Counted from the whole stretch's first letter, positions 10,018 to 20,208 are shown. The stretch is DNA of 60,757 bases, filler included, from Candidatus Tectimicrobiota bacterium (GCA_016193065.1; 7 parts of 7 records of this genome joined end to end with filler, not necessarily neighbours in it), one strand, 5' to 3'. Notes: generated from the letters alone by a model not told the origin. Made by a program: numbers and translations.

Positions 10018-10242
10018 TCAGGCGCCCCCCGCCTTTAGGGCTTTCCCCCCCTCTTCCAACTCCGCCTTTTCCTCATGGATCTCCTTGAGCCGGCGGCTGA
10101 TTTCCTGGAAGAGGGGGCAGGCCACATATTTTTCGTGGTTGCAAGGGCTCGCAGTCTGCACCCGGGCCTTGGGCACAAACTTGCGGATCGGGTACGCCCT
10201 GCAGAACACCACGGTCATCTCGGTGAGAAACGGACACTTCAT
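10018..10242 (-). CDS. Small Cys-rich protein (4 Cys: CPFL..C..C..CPLF)
   Basis: 74 aa; first gene after the sigma54 promoter; purine-rich RBS. Confidence 0.7.
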   Translation of the reverse strand: MKCPFLTEMTVVFCRAYPIRKFVPKARVQTASPCNHEKYVACPLFQEISRRLKEIHEEKAELEEGGKALKAGGA

Positions 10243-10283
10243 TTGTTTTAACCCCCTTTCCTTGCCTCCCGCTTCCTAAAGAT

Positions 10284-10300
10284 TGCAGGGGATGTGCCAA
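10284..10300 (-). promoter_or_regulatory. Sigma54 -24/-12 promoter
   Basis: TTGGCAC-ATCCC-CTGCA with correct GG-N10-GC spacing about 40 nt upstream of ATG. Confidence 0.8.
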
Positions 10301-10740
10301 ATCCGGTTCACAGGATTGTGATGGAAGTGCGCATTTACAAGGAGTTAGAAGTCGATCTTCGGAGAAATCGAGAGGTCGGGAAGGGGAGATGATGAGAAAT
10401 GAAACAGAGTACCGTGTGACGGACGCTGAGGACTGATTTTCAATGCATTCAGGATGTGGAAGAACGCTACAGACTTGGTGAGCTTTTCAACAATACCTTT
10501 TCGCGAAGCACGACGGAAAAATCTTAATTGCGAATCCGCACGGTTTCTTTCCCCGCATAGAGGGAAAGATGCGCGTGACCGAAAATTTTCTCGCTTGATC
10601 GGACCTATGGTGTGGTTCCTCTATTTTCTTCAGTGGCGGATAAACCCATATTGTAAGGTATGTTGGAGCGGGGCGGACCTGTAAGGAGCTTCCGGCTACT
10701 GAGATAGCGGGTGGACGGTCCACGTGGAGGGCTGCAAGAT

Positions 10741-11346
10741 ATGGAGCCGGTGATCATCCGGATCGCGGAGTCGGTGGAAATTGCTGCTCCACCTTCTGCG
10801 GTCTTTGCCCTGGTGAGCGATCCTCTGGCCAAGGCCCGCCTCAATCCCTTCGTCCAGGTCATTCGGATCGAGCGGGAGGATCCCGGACCGCTATGCGAGG
10901 GGAGAATAACCTTCTTGCGTCTTCAGAAAGGCACGAGAATCTTCGAATACCGCACGCGCTGCCGCGCGCTGGAACCTGACCGCCTGCTGGAGAACCAGGC
11001 CGAACTCCCCACACTGTTCCGCGTCCGAGTCGAACTGGAGCCGATCCCGGGGGGAACCCGCCTTACGCAGCGCGAGGAGTGCGAGGTCAGGGTTGAGATG
11101 CTGGAGGGATTACCGGTGCCCCGCCGGGCGGAGCGTGCCTGGCAAACCATCAAGATCCTCGGCCTGGTCCTTCCGGTTCTGGCGCGGGAAACCTATGCCT
11201 TGATTCTGAAAGAACGAACCGACACTCTCCGGGAGACCATGGGGCGGGAACTCCAGGTCTGGCTTCAGGCGATCAAGCAACACCTGGAATCTCCGGGAAG
11301 GGGAGTTTCAACACCGCAACCGGAAGCAGCAGGAGAACAAACGTGA
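10741..11346 (+). CDS. SRPBCC family protein
   Basis: ESVEIAAPPSAVFALVSDP; LEPIPGGTRLT. Confidence 0.75.
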   Translation: MEPVIIRIAESVEIAAPPSAVFALVSDPLAKARLNPFVQVIRIEREDPGPLCEGRITFLRLQKGTRIFEYRTRCRALEPDRLLENQAELPTLFRVRVELEPIPGGTRLTQREECEVRVEMLEGLPVPRRAERAWQTIKILGLVLPVLARETYALILKERTDTLRETMGRELQVWLQAIKQHLESPGRGVSTPQPEAAGEQT

Positions 11347-11478
11347 CCGGTACAGAGAAAATGCCCTGTTCACCCCCTCCCTGCTCCTCCCCCGTCGTGG
11401 GGGAGGTAGGAAGGGGGGAGTTGCCGTGCGTTCCATTTCAACTTATCGCAATATCGAAGCATTTTTATTTTCCTTGGG

Positions 11479-11526
11479 AAATCCCCCCTCCTCCCCCCTT
11501 TTTAAAGGGGGGAGGAGGGGGGATTT
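11479..11526. repeat. G/C-run palindromic intergenic repeat (related copies near 2005, 4760, 11375, 28557, 28870, 47095, 48480-48580)
   Basis: AATCCCCCCTCCTCCCCCTTT-TTA-AAGGGGGGAGGAGGGGGGATT and similar CCCTCACCC/GGGAGAGGG motifs. Confidence 0.6.
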
Positions 11527-11630
11527 TCTTGAGTGGGGGGGGATTTGCATGATGCACGGGTGGACACCCGCTCTGCGGGTACCCGGGTCCATGATAACTG
11601 AGAGGTTCTGACCAGTAACGGGGGATCTGC

Positions 11631-13118
11631 ATGTCGATTCGGTTCAAAATGATTCTGGGGATCGGTTCGATCCTGCTCCTGGTGATCTTCGTCTATGCGA
11701 TCCTGGCCTTTAAGACCCAGGCAGGCCATCTGATGAACATGTCCAGACGTGAGGCGGAATTGATGGCTGCGCTGGTGGAACGGGCGATTTCCCGGGCCAT
11801 GGTAGGAGGAAAGGTCAAGGAGGTTCAGGCCACGCTCGAACGGATCGGTGAGGATCCGGAGTTGGCCGGGATCCGGATCGTGGACCCCCGGGGAATCATC
11901 GCCCGCTCCAGCAGAGCCGAGGAGGTAGGAGGACCCCTGGCACAGGGAAAACGACTCGTGGAGGGAATGGGTCCCGTCTTTGATTATCGAGAGCAGACGG
12001 TGGGGATCTTCCGTCCTATACTGAACGGCCCTGAATGTTACAAATGCCACTCGATCAACCAGAGGATTCTCGGATTCCTGAACGTCAGTGTCACCTTTCC
12101 GAGCATTGATTCGGAGCTGGCCAGGCAGTGGACGCTCATGATTCTCTCGACCGTCGCCGCTCTTGTGGTGGCTGGCGCGCTGATCGCCTTGTATTTCACG
12201 TTAGTACTGGGCCGGCGGATTGATGCCATTTCTCAGACCATGAGCCGGGTGGAGACGGGAGACCTTACGGCCAGGGTCATGGAGAACGAGCGGGATGAGC
12301 TGGGGCGCCTCGGCAAGAGCTTCAATGCCATGGTGGCCCGGCTGGCCGATGTCCGGCGGCAACTGGAGAGTCGCCACGAAGCGGAGATCCGGCGAGCTGA
12401 AGACCTGGCCTCTCTCGGCAAGATGGCGGCCGGGATCGCCCACGAAATCAACAACCCACTGGCCGGCATGCAAAACTGCGTCAGGACCCTCCTGAAGGGC
12501 ACCAGGGACAAGGAGCAGAGGATCCAGTACCTCACAATGCTCAAAGAGGGCTTGGACCGCATCGGCCGGACGGTGGGGCAACTCCTGGGTTTCGCCCGTG
12601 AATCCAAACCCCAGCTCACCCGGATCGATCTTTCCCCTCTCCTCCGACGCTCCCTGGCTCTTTTGGAGCACGAGCTGGCGGCCCGCAAGATTTCCTGCTC
12701 TCTTTCCACGGATTCCGGCCTTCCGGCTCTCCTCGCCGACCCCCACCAGATCGAGGAGGTTCTCCTGAACATCCTGATGAACGCCGTAGAGGCAATGCCG
12801 GATGGTGGAGCCCTCGCGGTCAGCACCGGCCTGCGGGAATGGGCGACGGGTCCCTTCATCGAGATCCGGGTCACGGACACGGGAGTCGGAATCTCTCCCG
12901 AGCAACTGCCGCGCATCTTCGACCCCTTTTTCACGACCAAGGAAGTCGGAAAGGGGACCGGCCTGGGGCTCTCGGTGAGCTACGGGATCATAAGGGCTCA
13001 CGGGGGTTCCATTGATGTCAAAAGCGAGTTAGGGAAAGGGACCACGTTTACGGTGGCCCTCCCCGTGGGAGGGGAAGGAGACAACCATGCGCCACCGCAT
13101 CCTCCTGGTGGAAGATGA
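11631..13118 (+). CDS. HAMP sensor histidine kinase with periplasmic heme-c motif
   Basis: 2 TM; CYKCH; AHEINNPL H-box; DTGVG, FFTTK, GTGLGL. Confidence 0.92.
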   Translation: MSIRFKMILGIGSILLLVIFVYAILAFKTQAGHLMNMSRREAELMAALVERAISRAMVGGKVKEVQATLERIGEDPELAGIRIVDPRGIIARSSRAEEVGGPLAQGKRLVEGMGPVFDYREQTVGIFRPILNGPECYKCHSINQRILGFLNVSVTFPSIDSELARQWTLMILSTVAALVVAGALIALYFTLVLGRRIDAISQTMSRVETGDLTARVMENERDELGRLGKSFNAMVARLADVRRQLESRHEAEIRRAEDLASLGKMAAGIAHEINNPLAGMQNCVRTLLKGTRDKEQRIQYLTMLKEGLDRIGRTVGQLLGFARESKPQLTRIDLSPLLRRSLALLEHELAARKISCSLSTDSGLPALLADPHQIEEVLLNILMNAVEAMPDGGALAVSTGLREWATGPFIEIRVTDTGVGISPEQLPRIFDPFFTTKEVGKGTGLGLSVSYGIIRAHGGSIDVKSELGKGTTFTVALPVGGEGDNHAPPHPPGGR

Positions 13119-14430
13119 GCCCATCCTCCGGGTGACTTTGTCCAATGACCTTTCCGAGGAAGGGTACGAGGTCACACCCGCCTCAGACGGCGCAGAGGGG
13201 CTTGCCCGGATCCGGGAGCGGTCTTTTGATGCGGCTCTCCTGGACTTAAAGCTACCGAAGGCAGATGGGCTCAGCTTGCTCCAGAGCTTTAAGGCCGCAA
13301 ATCCCCAGGGGCTCGCGATCATGATGACCGCCTACGGCACCATCCAGTCGGCCATCGCGGCCATGAAAGCAGGGGCCACGGACTACCTCCTGAAGCCTTT
13401 CCCCACGGACGAGCTCCTCGTGCTTCTGCGTGGCCTGCTGGCCCAGCACGCCGTTCTGTCGGGAGAGAGAACTAAGCTGCCCGGACTCCGGCAGTTCGGA
13501 GATCTCATTTACGCCAGCGAAAAGATGGCCCGGGTCTGCGACCTCATTGCTACCGTGGCGCGCAGCGATGCCACCGTTCTGATCCAGGGAGAAACAGGCA
13601 CGGGTAAGGAGCTGGTCGCTCGTGCCATCCATCAACAGAGCGGACGGCGAGCCCAACCGCTGATCCCCGTGGCTTGCGCTGCCATCCCCGAGACCCTTCT
13701 GGAAACGGAGCTGTTCGGCCATGAGAAGGGCGCCTTCACGGGAGCCATTCGGGAGCGCAAGGGGCGCTTCGAACTGGCCCATCGGGGGAGCCTCTTTCTG
13801 GACGAAGTCGCCGATTTAGGACCTGCAGTTCAAGCCAAGCTTCTGCGGGTGCTCCAGGAAAAAGAGTTCGAGCGGGTCGGAGGGACGCAGACCATCAAGG
13901 CCGATGTCCGGCTCATCTCCGCCACCCGCAAGCGGCTGGAAGATGAAGTCGTGGCGGGCCGGCTGCGCGAAGACCTTTTCTATCGCCTCAAGGTGATCAC
14001 CGTCCTGCTTCCCCTACTGCGGGAGCGCAAGGAGGACATCCTCCCGCTGGCTGCGCATTTCCTGGAGAAGTACAGTAGACCACTGGGGAAAGACGTCCGT
14101 GGGTTCAGCTCGGAGGCTTGCCGCCAGCTTCTTGCCTACCACTGGCCCGGCAATATCCGGGAGCTGGAGGCCACCGTCCAGCGGGCAGTCACTTTGACGA
14201 AAAACACGATTCTCACCGCGGAGGACCTTTCCTTTGAGGTCGGTTTGACTCCCACCGACAAGACAAACGTCCCGGCTCACCCCCTCACCGACACGGTCCG
14301 GGAGGCCGAGCGGCGATACCTCCAAGAGGTCCTGCAAAGTGTCGGAGGCCAGCGGAAGCGGGCCGCGGAGATCCTGGGGATCAGCCGGAAGACCCTCTGG
14401 AAGAAAATGAAGCTGCTCGGCATGGAATAA
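13087..14430 (+). CDS. Sigma54-dependent response regulator (NtrC family)
   Basis: REC (VEDE, LLDL), GETGTGKE, GAFTGA, WPGNIREL, Fis HTH. Confidence 0.95.
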   Translation: MRHRILLVEDEPILRVTLSNDLSEEGYEVTPASDGAEGLARIRERSFDAALLDLKLPKADGLSLLQSFKAANPQGLAIMMTAYGTIQSAIAAMKAGATDYLLKPFPTDELLVLLRGLLAQHAVLSGERTKLPGLRQFGDLIYASEKMARVCDLIATVARSDATVLIQGETGTGKELVARAIHQQSGRRAQPLIPVACAAIPETLLETELFGHEKGAFTGAIRERKGRFELAHRGSLFLDEVADLGPAVQAKLLRVLQEKEFERVGGTQTIKADVRLISATRKRLEDEVVAGRLREDLFYRLKVITVLLPLLRERKEDILPLAAHFLEKYSRPLGKDVRGFSSEACRQLLAYHWPGNIRELEATVQRAVTLTKNTILTAEDLSFEVGLTPTDKTNVPAHPLTDTVREAERRYLQEVLQSVGGQRKRAAEILGISRKTLWKKMKLLGME

Positions 14431-14468
14431 CCCCAGTCGATCTCTCTCATTTCCCCTCTCGGGAGCGC

Positions 14469-14515
14469 GTTACCGTACGGTAACACTTGTCCCCTCCATG
14501 TTCCCGATCGGTAAC
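14469..14515. promoter_or_regulatory. Two enhancer (UAS) palindromes GTTACC-N4-GGTAAC
   Basis: Perfect GTTACCGTACGGTAAC at 14469-14484 and GTTCCCGATCGGTAAC at 14500-14515, 31 bp apart. Confidence 0.75.
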
Positions 14516-14693
14516 TGTTGTACCCGATCCCTCCCGACCGCCCCTTGGCTGTAAGAGCCCTCTTTCTCCACCCTTTTCCCCGGTTCATCCAACTGGTACG
14601 GCCCTTGCTGTGGGGAAAAAGGGCGGGACAAAGGCAGGAATGTCCCGAAGGGATAGGAGTGATGATTTTCGCAGCATCCGCCTTGATGAAACG

Positions 14694-14709
14694 GGGCACG
14701 GGCGATGCT
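14694..14709 (+). promoter_or_regulatory. Sigma54 -24/-12 promoter
   Basis: GGGCACGGGCGATGCT, GG-N10-GC; about 36 nt upstream of ATG 14746. Confidence 0.75.
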
Positions 14710-14745
14710 GCTGCCGGTTTCCAGTAACCCGATGGAGAGAATTCC

Positions 14746-15033
14746 ATGAAACAAAAGATGGTTTCCATCTGCCTGGCGGGAATTTTTGTGTCCGGGCTGA
14801 TTTTCATCCCGTGTCTGGCGCAGGCCGCGAAGACCCAAGAGACCTCCTTCATGAATCTCCTGGGCCAGGCGCAGAAGGAAGAGAAAAAGCCGGAGAAAGC
14901 ACCGAAGAAAAAAGCAGGGGAGGTAGAAAAGAAGAAGGAAACCCTGGAAAAGGAAAAGAAAAAAGACAAGGAAGAAAAGGAGAAGGAAAAGGAAGAAGAG
15001 GAAGAGCCCAGCTTGAGGCCATCGAAGTGCTGA
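14746..15033 (+). CDS. Exported K/E-rich small protein with C-terminal Cys
   Basis: Signal peptide (AQA), charged tract, ends EEEEEPSLRPSKC; GGAGAG RBS. Confidence 0.75.
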   Translation: MKQKMVSICLAGIFVSGLIFIPCLAQAAKTQETSFMNLLGQAQKEEKKPEKAPKKKAGEVEKKKETLEKEKKKDKEEKEKEKEEEEEPSLRPSKC

Positions 15034-15059
15034 TGATTTCTTTACCGTAAACCCCGGGC

Positions 15060-15245
15060 TCAACCTTAATCCGAAAAAAAACCAACCTGGTTGATCCGTG
15101 CCGTTGGCCCGCAGGTCCTGACACCCGCCAGGCGGGTACCGGGTCGCCTCCTCGAACCGCGCTCCGTCACCCTGACGAGGGTCCCACTTTCGCGCGGCTC
15201 TACGGAGGCATCCCGGGTACCCACAAAGTGGGTGCCCACCCGCAG
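15060..15245. mobile_element. MITE-like element copy 1 (right end missing, two mini-hairpin insertions)
   Basis: Near-identical to 21446-21600. Confidence 0.7.
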
Positions 15246-15272
15246 GCGAACAACGAAAAGGAGTTGAATCAG

Positions 15273-17339
15273 ATGAGCAAAGGCAACCGAGTCTCCCGAC
15301 GAAGCATGCTGAAATGGTCCATGGGCTCTTTGGCCGCCCTTCCCTTTGCCGGCAGCCTTTTAAGAGCGGGACAGGCTGCCGCTCAGTCGGGCGCGCAAAG
15401 CGTCCCCCCAGGCAAAAAAACCAAGGTTCTCGTGCTTGGTTTGGACTCCTGCGACATGGAGCGCCTATTGGAGTGGGTGAAGGAAGGAGAACTCCCCACT
15501 TTTCAGAAACTGATTCAATCAGGTGCCTACGGGACTTTCGAAAACATTTTCCGCGGGATGTCCGTGGATGCCTGGGCCGCATATTTGACCGGAGTCGGGC
15601 CCGGCCAGAACAATTTCTTCGGGGCTCACCCCTGGAAGGTTTACGACAAGTGGGCCAGCCAGACTTCGGGGATCAATCGCTTTTATCGAATGCACGTGGC
15701 CACGATCCCCTTCATGCTGGCGGAGGCCGGGGTTAAGGTGGGAATGTGCGGGTGCGCCATGACCTGGCCACCGGAACGCTTGCAGGGCGGCTTCATGATG
15801 TCGGGTAAGGGATCTCCCGGGCTGGGCGACGATCCGGACTGCAAAGGGCACATTTACTACACCCAGGAGAAACACGCAGCAGCCAAGCCGCTCAAGACCC
15901 AAATTGAATTTGTGGATGGCAATGTAAATACCTCCATCCGTTATCACGGCATGGAAGTTCTCCTCCACCTCACCCTGAACTCACTCACCAACACGGTGAC
16001 CATTGCCTACGAAGATCAGAAGGTGACCTTGAGGGAAGGCGAGTGGTCCGGCTACATGCCCATCAAGTTTCCGAACGGCCGCCGCGGTGTGATCCGCTGG
16101 AAACCCGAGCGCCTGGATGCCGCCGGCGGAGAGCTTCAGCTTTACCGCTACAAGCTTCTGCAGGACCCCAGCGCGGAGCTGGACCACGACCCGATCAATT
16201 CCTTCTTCGACGGAGCCTGCGTGCCTACGGACCAGTGGACCTATCCTGCCGCCCTGCAGAGAGAAGTCTTCGACGCCGTGGGATATTACCGGACACCCAA
16301 TCTCCCCTTCGAGTATGACTATTCCTCATTTGTCGGGTTTGTCCAGGAAGAAGAGACCCTTCTCGAAGACGCCTATGACGCAACGCGAGAGCAGAACAGG
16401 ATCGTGAAGTGGCTCCTGCAGAACAAGGAATGGGACTTCTTCTGGTTCTCCAACATGCCCTACGACCGTCTTAACCACAACATGGTTCGGATCAAGGGTA
16501 ATCCGGACTGGTCCCCGGAGTACGAGAGAAAGTACGGCAACGGGAAGGTGATGAAGGACTTCACCAGGTTCATCGACAGCGAGCTGGCCGACCTCATGAA
16601 GATCCTTCCCAGGGACACCTACGTGGTGATCATCTCCGACCACGGCTGGGGTCCGGTGGAGGCCGAGTTCCAGCCCAACTCCTGGCTCAAGGAGTTGGGG
16701 CTCCTGCACGTGAAGCCGGAGGTGGAGGGCAAGACCCGGCGCTACTACTACCCGGAGGATATCGACTGGAGCCGGACGAAGGCCTTTTCCGCGGACAATC
16801 CGGGGATCTTTATCAACCTGAAGGGGCGCGAAGAGAACGGAATTGTCCGGTACGCCGAGTACGAAGGGCTCAGAGACACCATTATCGAAGAACTCAAAAA
16901 GGTCAAACATCCCGATGGCAGCCCGTTCATCTACAAGGCCGACCGGGTGGAGAACATTTACCCCAAGGGGAGCTACGGATGGTATGCGGGGGACATCCAG
17001 TTCTGCGGCACCCGGGACTCCTCCGGCTACAAGCTGCCGGGGCCCAATGACGGCCTCTACCAGATCAACTGGACGGGGTTCGGGTACCGGGACAGGATAT
17101 GGGATCATCCCCGCAGGCACTTCACGGCCTGGCACGGCAACGCGCTCACCACGTTCGTCATGACGGGCCCGGGCGTGAAGAAGAACGCCGATGTCTCCGA
17201 GAACGGCCACATGTTGAACGTCTTCCCGACCATCATGCACATCTACGGCCTGGTGCCGCCGCCGAATTTCGAAGGGCGCATCATGTATGAGGTATTCGAC
17301 CCGAGCTCCCCGCTGGCCAAGAAAAAGGAAGCAGTATGA
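15273..17339 (+). CDS. Tat-exported alkaline phosphatase superfamily (type I phosphodiesterase-like) hydrolase
   Basis: SRRSMLK Tat motif; VLGLDS, G.LPTF.KL..G.YG, S..AW..YLTG, DRLNH, ISDHG, INLKGRE..G.V. Confidence 0.88.
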   Translation: MSKGNRVSRRSMLKWSMGSLAALPFAGSLLRAGQAAAQSGAQSVPPGKKTKVLVLGLDSCDMERLLEWVKEGELPTFQKLIQSGAYGTFENIFRGMSVDAWAAYLTGVGPGQNNFFGAHPWKVYDKWASQTSGINRFYRMHVATIPFMLAEAGVKVGMCGCAMTWPPERLQGGFMMSGKGSPGLGDDPDCKGHIYYTQEKHAAAKPLKTQIEFVDGNVNTSIRYHGMEVLLHLTLNSLTNTVTIAYEDQKVTLREGEWSGYMPIKFPNGRRGVIRWKPERLDAAGGELQLYRYKLLQDPSAELDHDPINSFFDGACVPTDQWTYPAALQREVFDAVGYYRTPNLPFEYDYSSFVGFVQEEETLLEDAYDATREQNRIVKWLLQNKEWDFFWFSNMPYDRLNHNMVRIKGNPDWSPEYERKYGNGKVMKDFTRFIDSELADLMKILPRDTYVVIISDHGWGPVEAEFQPNSWLKELGLLHVKPEVEGKTRRYYYPEDIDWSRTKAFSADNPGIFINLKGREENGIVRYAEYEGLRDTIIEELKKVKHPDGSPFIYKADRVENIYPKGSYGWYAGDIQFCGTRDSSGYKLPGPNDGLYQINWTGFGYRDRIWDHPRRHFTAWHGNALTTFVMTGPGVKKNADVSENGHMLNVFPTIMHIYGLVPPPNFEGRIMYEVFDPSSPLAKKKEAV

Positions 17340-19528
17340 GGGAAAGATCCGGTGATGGCGGCATGAAGCCCTCTCGGCGCGAATTTCTGAAGCTCGGAGG
17401 CCTGGCAGTCGGCAGCCTGTCCCTGGCAACGGGACCCGAGGGGGTATTCGAAATCCCGATTAAGGAGAAGTTGGAGCCTCCCCACTTTGACCGGGAGGTG
17501 AACGGGATCTGCCCTTACTGTCAGACGCGCTGCACGACCAAGGTGCAGTTGAAGGGCGACCGAGTGGTGAACGTGTACGGGAATCAGGACAATTTCTGGA
17601 CGGGTGGCTCCGTGTGTCCCAAGGGACAAGCCATGGTGGAGCTCACGTACAGCCCTCACCGGCTTCTCCATCCGCTGATTCGCGACGGCCAAAGCTGGAA
17701 GAGAATCTCCTATTCCCAGGCTCTGGACGCCGTGGCCGCGAAGATAACCAGGATCAAGCAGGAACATCCGGAAGACTATTCCCATCGCCTGGCGTTGTTT
17801 GCCCCGCTCTGGGATTGCCATGAGGCGGAGCTGGCGGCTCAGATGACACTGCACATGGCGGGATTCCCCGACATCTGCTCCCCCGGAGACGCCTGCATCG
17901 GCAACCTCTCCACGGCTCTCAACATGTGCCTGGGGGAGCCCACGGCCCCCACGACCATTAACGAGCTGGAAAATGCGGAACTCGTGGTGCTGGTGGGCGC
18001 CAATGTGGCCGTCACCTATCCAATCTATGTGCAATGGCTGCGGCGGGCTCGCGAGAAAGGGGCCCGGATTCTCTATTTTGATTTCCGCGCCACCCCCACG
18101 ACGAACCAGGTCGACGAACAGGTCATTCTCCGGCCCGGCACCGATGGCGCCCTTTTCCTTGGCATGATCCGCGTGCTGATCCAGGAGAATTTGTACGACC
18201 GAAAATTTGTCAAGGACCATGTCAACGGGTTCGACGAACTGGCCCGATCGTGCCGGGAGTACACCCCGGAAAAAGTCGGGGAAATCACCTGGGTCCCTCC
18301 GGAAACGATCGTGGGCATGGCCCGCATGCTGGCCAAAAGCAAAGGAACCATCATCTGGATCGGGGGGGCAATTTCCCGTTACACGAACGCCATGCAAACT
18401 GTGCGAGCCATCGTAGGCCTGCAAGCCATCACGGGTCAACTGGCCGGTCCGGGGAAAGGGATCATCCCGTTTCAAGGAGGAAAGCCCCCGATCAGCAAAG
18501 AGTTCGAAGAGAAGCTCAGAGCACCGGACCTGCCCGAGAGACTTCACGTCCGCAAGGTCGTCTATAACATGAATCAGGGTGATGTGGACCTGCTCCTGCT
18601 CAGCTCCAGCTTTCGCCGATATCCCGACTCGAACCGAGTCAAGAAAGCCATTCAAAAGGTGAGGTTCGTGGTCTATCGGGGCTTTTTCATGGATGAGGAG
18701 GCCGATCTGTCCCATCTCATCATCCCATCCACCATGGGATTCGAGTCCGCGGGTTCCATGTACGGACTGCAGCGCCAGATCGTGTGGAGGGAGCAGGCCG
18801 TAGAGAGTTGCGGTGAGACGGTGCCGGATTGGCGTTTCTACACCGATTTGGGCAAAAGGCTCCTGGGTGAATCCTATCCGAAAATCGCGCAGGTGGACGA
18901 CATTTACGAGCTCCACAGGAGCTACACCCCCACCTGGAAGGGTTTAACCATAGAAAGGCTGAAGAAAAATCCGACCGGAATTTCCTGGCCATGCCCGTCC
19001 GAGGATCACCCTGGAACTCTGGGAACCTTGTACCGGGACAATCGGTTTCACACTCCCCACGGCAAGGTGGAGCTTCTTTCCAAAGTGCTCGGCCCCATCC
19101 GCTGGACCGAACCGAAAGGAAGCCCGCTGGAAAATCCGAACGAAGAGCAGAAACAGAGGAATAACTTCCCCCTGATCTTCACCCAGGGAAAGGTGGCCCA
19201 TCACTGGCAGCACATGACCAACTGGTCGGATTACATGGCCCAGTTTTCCGAGGGCAACGTCGTGCAGTTGAACCCCGCGACCGCTCGCGAATATGGCATC
19301 CAGAACGGAGATTGGGTTCACATAGAAACCCAGGTGGGAAAAATCAAGGCCAGGGTTCGGCTTACGGAGGGCATCCTTCCTGGGGTTGTCTGGACCCCTT
19401 CTCATCTTGGCTCAAAGAGTCCCTTTGCCGGAAACCGGGGGGAAAACACCAACGAGATCACGCCTAACTACTGGGATAAGGTGGCTGCCCAGTTTAACGG
19501 CTTTGGTTGCCGTCTTAGGAAGGCCTGA
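17336..19528 (+). CDS. Tat-exported molybdopterin oxidoreductase catalytic subunit (DMSO reductase family)
   Basis: SRREFLK; CPYCQTRC...CPKG; RPGTDGAL..G; C-terminal Mo-bisPGD binding domain. Confidence 0.92.
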   Translation: MRERSGDGGMKPSRREFLKLGGLAVGSLSLATGPEGVFEIPIKEKLEPPHFDREVNGICPYCQTRCTTKVQLKGDRVVNVYGNQDNFWTGGSVCPKGQAMVELTYSPHRLLHPLIRDGQSWKRISYSQALDAVAAKITRIKQEHPEDYSHRLALFAPLWDCHEAELAAQMTLHMAGFPDICSPGDACIGNLSTALNMCLGEPTAPTTINELENAELVVLVGANVAVTYPIYVQWLRRAREKGARILYFDFRATPTTNQVDEQVILRPGTDGALFLGMIRVLIQENLYDRKFVKDHVNGFDELARSCREYTPEKVGEITWVPPETIVGMARMLAKSKGTIIWIGGAISRYTNAMQTVRAIVGLQAITGQLAGPGKGIIPFQGGKPPISKEFEEKLRAPDLPERLHVRKVVYNMNQGDVDLLLLSSSFRRYPDSNRVKKAIQKVRFVVYRGFFMDEEADLSHLIIPSTMGFESAGSMYGLQRQIVWREQAVESCGETVPDWRFYTDLGKRLLGESYPKIAQVDDIYELHRSYTPTWKGLTIERLKKNPTGISWPCPSEDHPGTLGTLYRDNRFHTPHGKVELLSKVLGPIRWTEPKGSPLENPNEEQKQRNNFPLIFTQGKVAHHWQHMTNWSDYMAQFSEGNVVQLNPATAREYGIQNGDWVHIETQVGKIKARVRLTEGILPGVVWTPSHLGSKSPFAGNRGENTNEITPNYWDKVAAQFNGFGCRLRKA

Positions 19529-20208
19529 TGGCCCGTGAAATGGAACGACTGATTGTTTTCCACGCCGATCGGTGCATCAGTTGCCACTCCTGCGAGATTG
19601 CCTGCCAGATGGAGAACGATGCTCCTCCCGGCCTACGCCTGCGATGGGTGCAGGACTTTGAAGAGGGGTATTTCCCCGGGGCGAGGATCTATTTCATCTC
19701 AGCGGCCTGTTTCCACTGTGACGACCCCTCTTGTGTCGCCGGATGTCCGGCCGGAGCGCTGATCCGGCGCAACGACGGCACGGTGGTCCATCTTCGGGAC
19801 AAATGCATTGGCTGCGGATACTGCATCCAGACTTGCCCTTTCCATGTGCCGAAATTCAGCCCATCCCAGCATACCGCGCGCAAATGCAGCTTTTGCACCC
19901 AGCGTATCGATCGGGGGCTGGAACCGGCATGCGTGGCCAAGTGCGCCACGAAAGCTCTCGTTTACTACCCGGATGGGAAGCCTCCCGTTCCTCTCCAGGC
20001 CTATGGAACGCCGGAAAAACTCCACATGGTCTACAAGCTGGATCGGAACCCGGAAAATTACCAGCTACCGCATCCCGTGCCAGGCAATGAGGTGGCCGCA
20101 ACTCAGTTGTGGAAGTGGCTGATCGGCTTGATCCCCGGTTTTGGGGTGGCCCTCTGGTTATTTAAAAATGCCGCAGATTCGAATCAGGACGAGGTTCGCC
20201 ATGACTGA
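19528..20208 (+). CDS. 4Fe-4S electron-transfer subunit with C-terminal TM
   Basis: CISCHSC, CFHCDDPSC, CIGCGYC, KCSFC motifs. Confidence 0.92.
   Translation: MAREMERLIVFHADRCISCHSCEIACQMENDAPPGLRLRWVQDFEEGYFPGARIYFISAACFHCDDPSCVAGCPAGALIRRNDGTVVHLRDKCIGCGYCIQTCPFHVPKFSPSQHTARKCSFCTQRIDRGLEPACVAKCATKALVYYPDGKPPVPLQAYGTPEKLHMVYKLDRNPENYQLPHPVPGNEVAATQLWKWLIGLIPGFGVALWLFKNAADSNQDEVRHD

Noticed and set aside
17336-19528. Formate dehydrogenase or selenoenzyme call
   Set aside because: No in-frame TGA; the putative ligand region GDACIG lacks the FDH R-x-C/U-H motif
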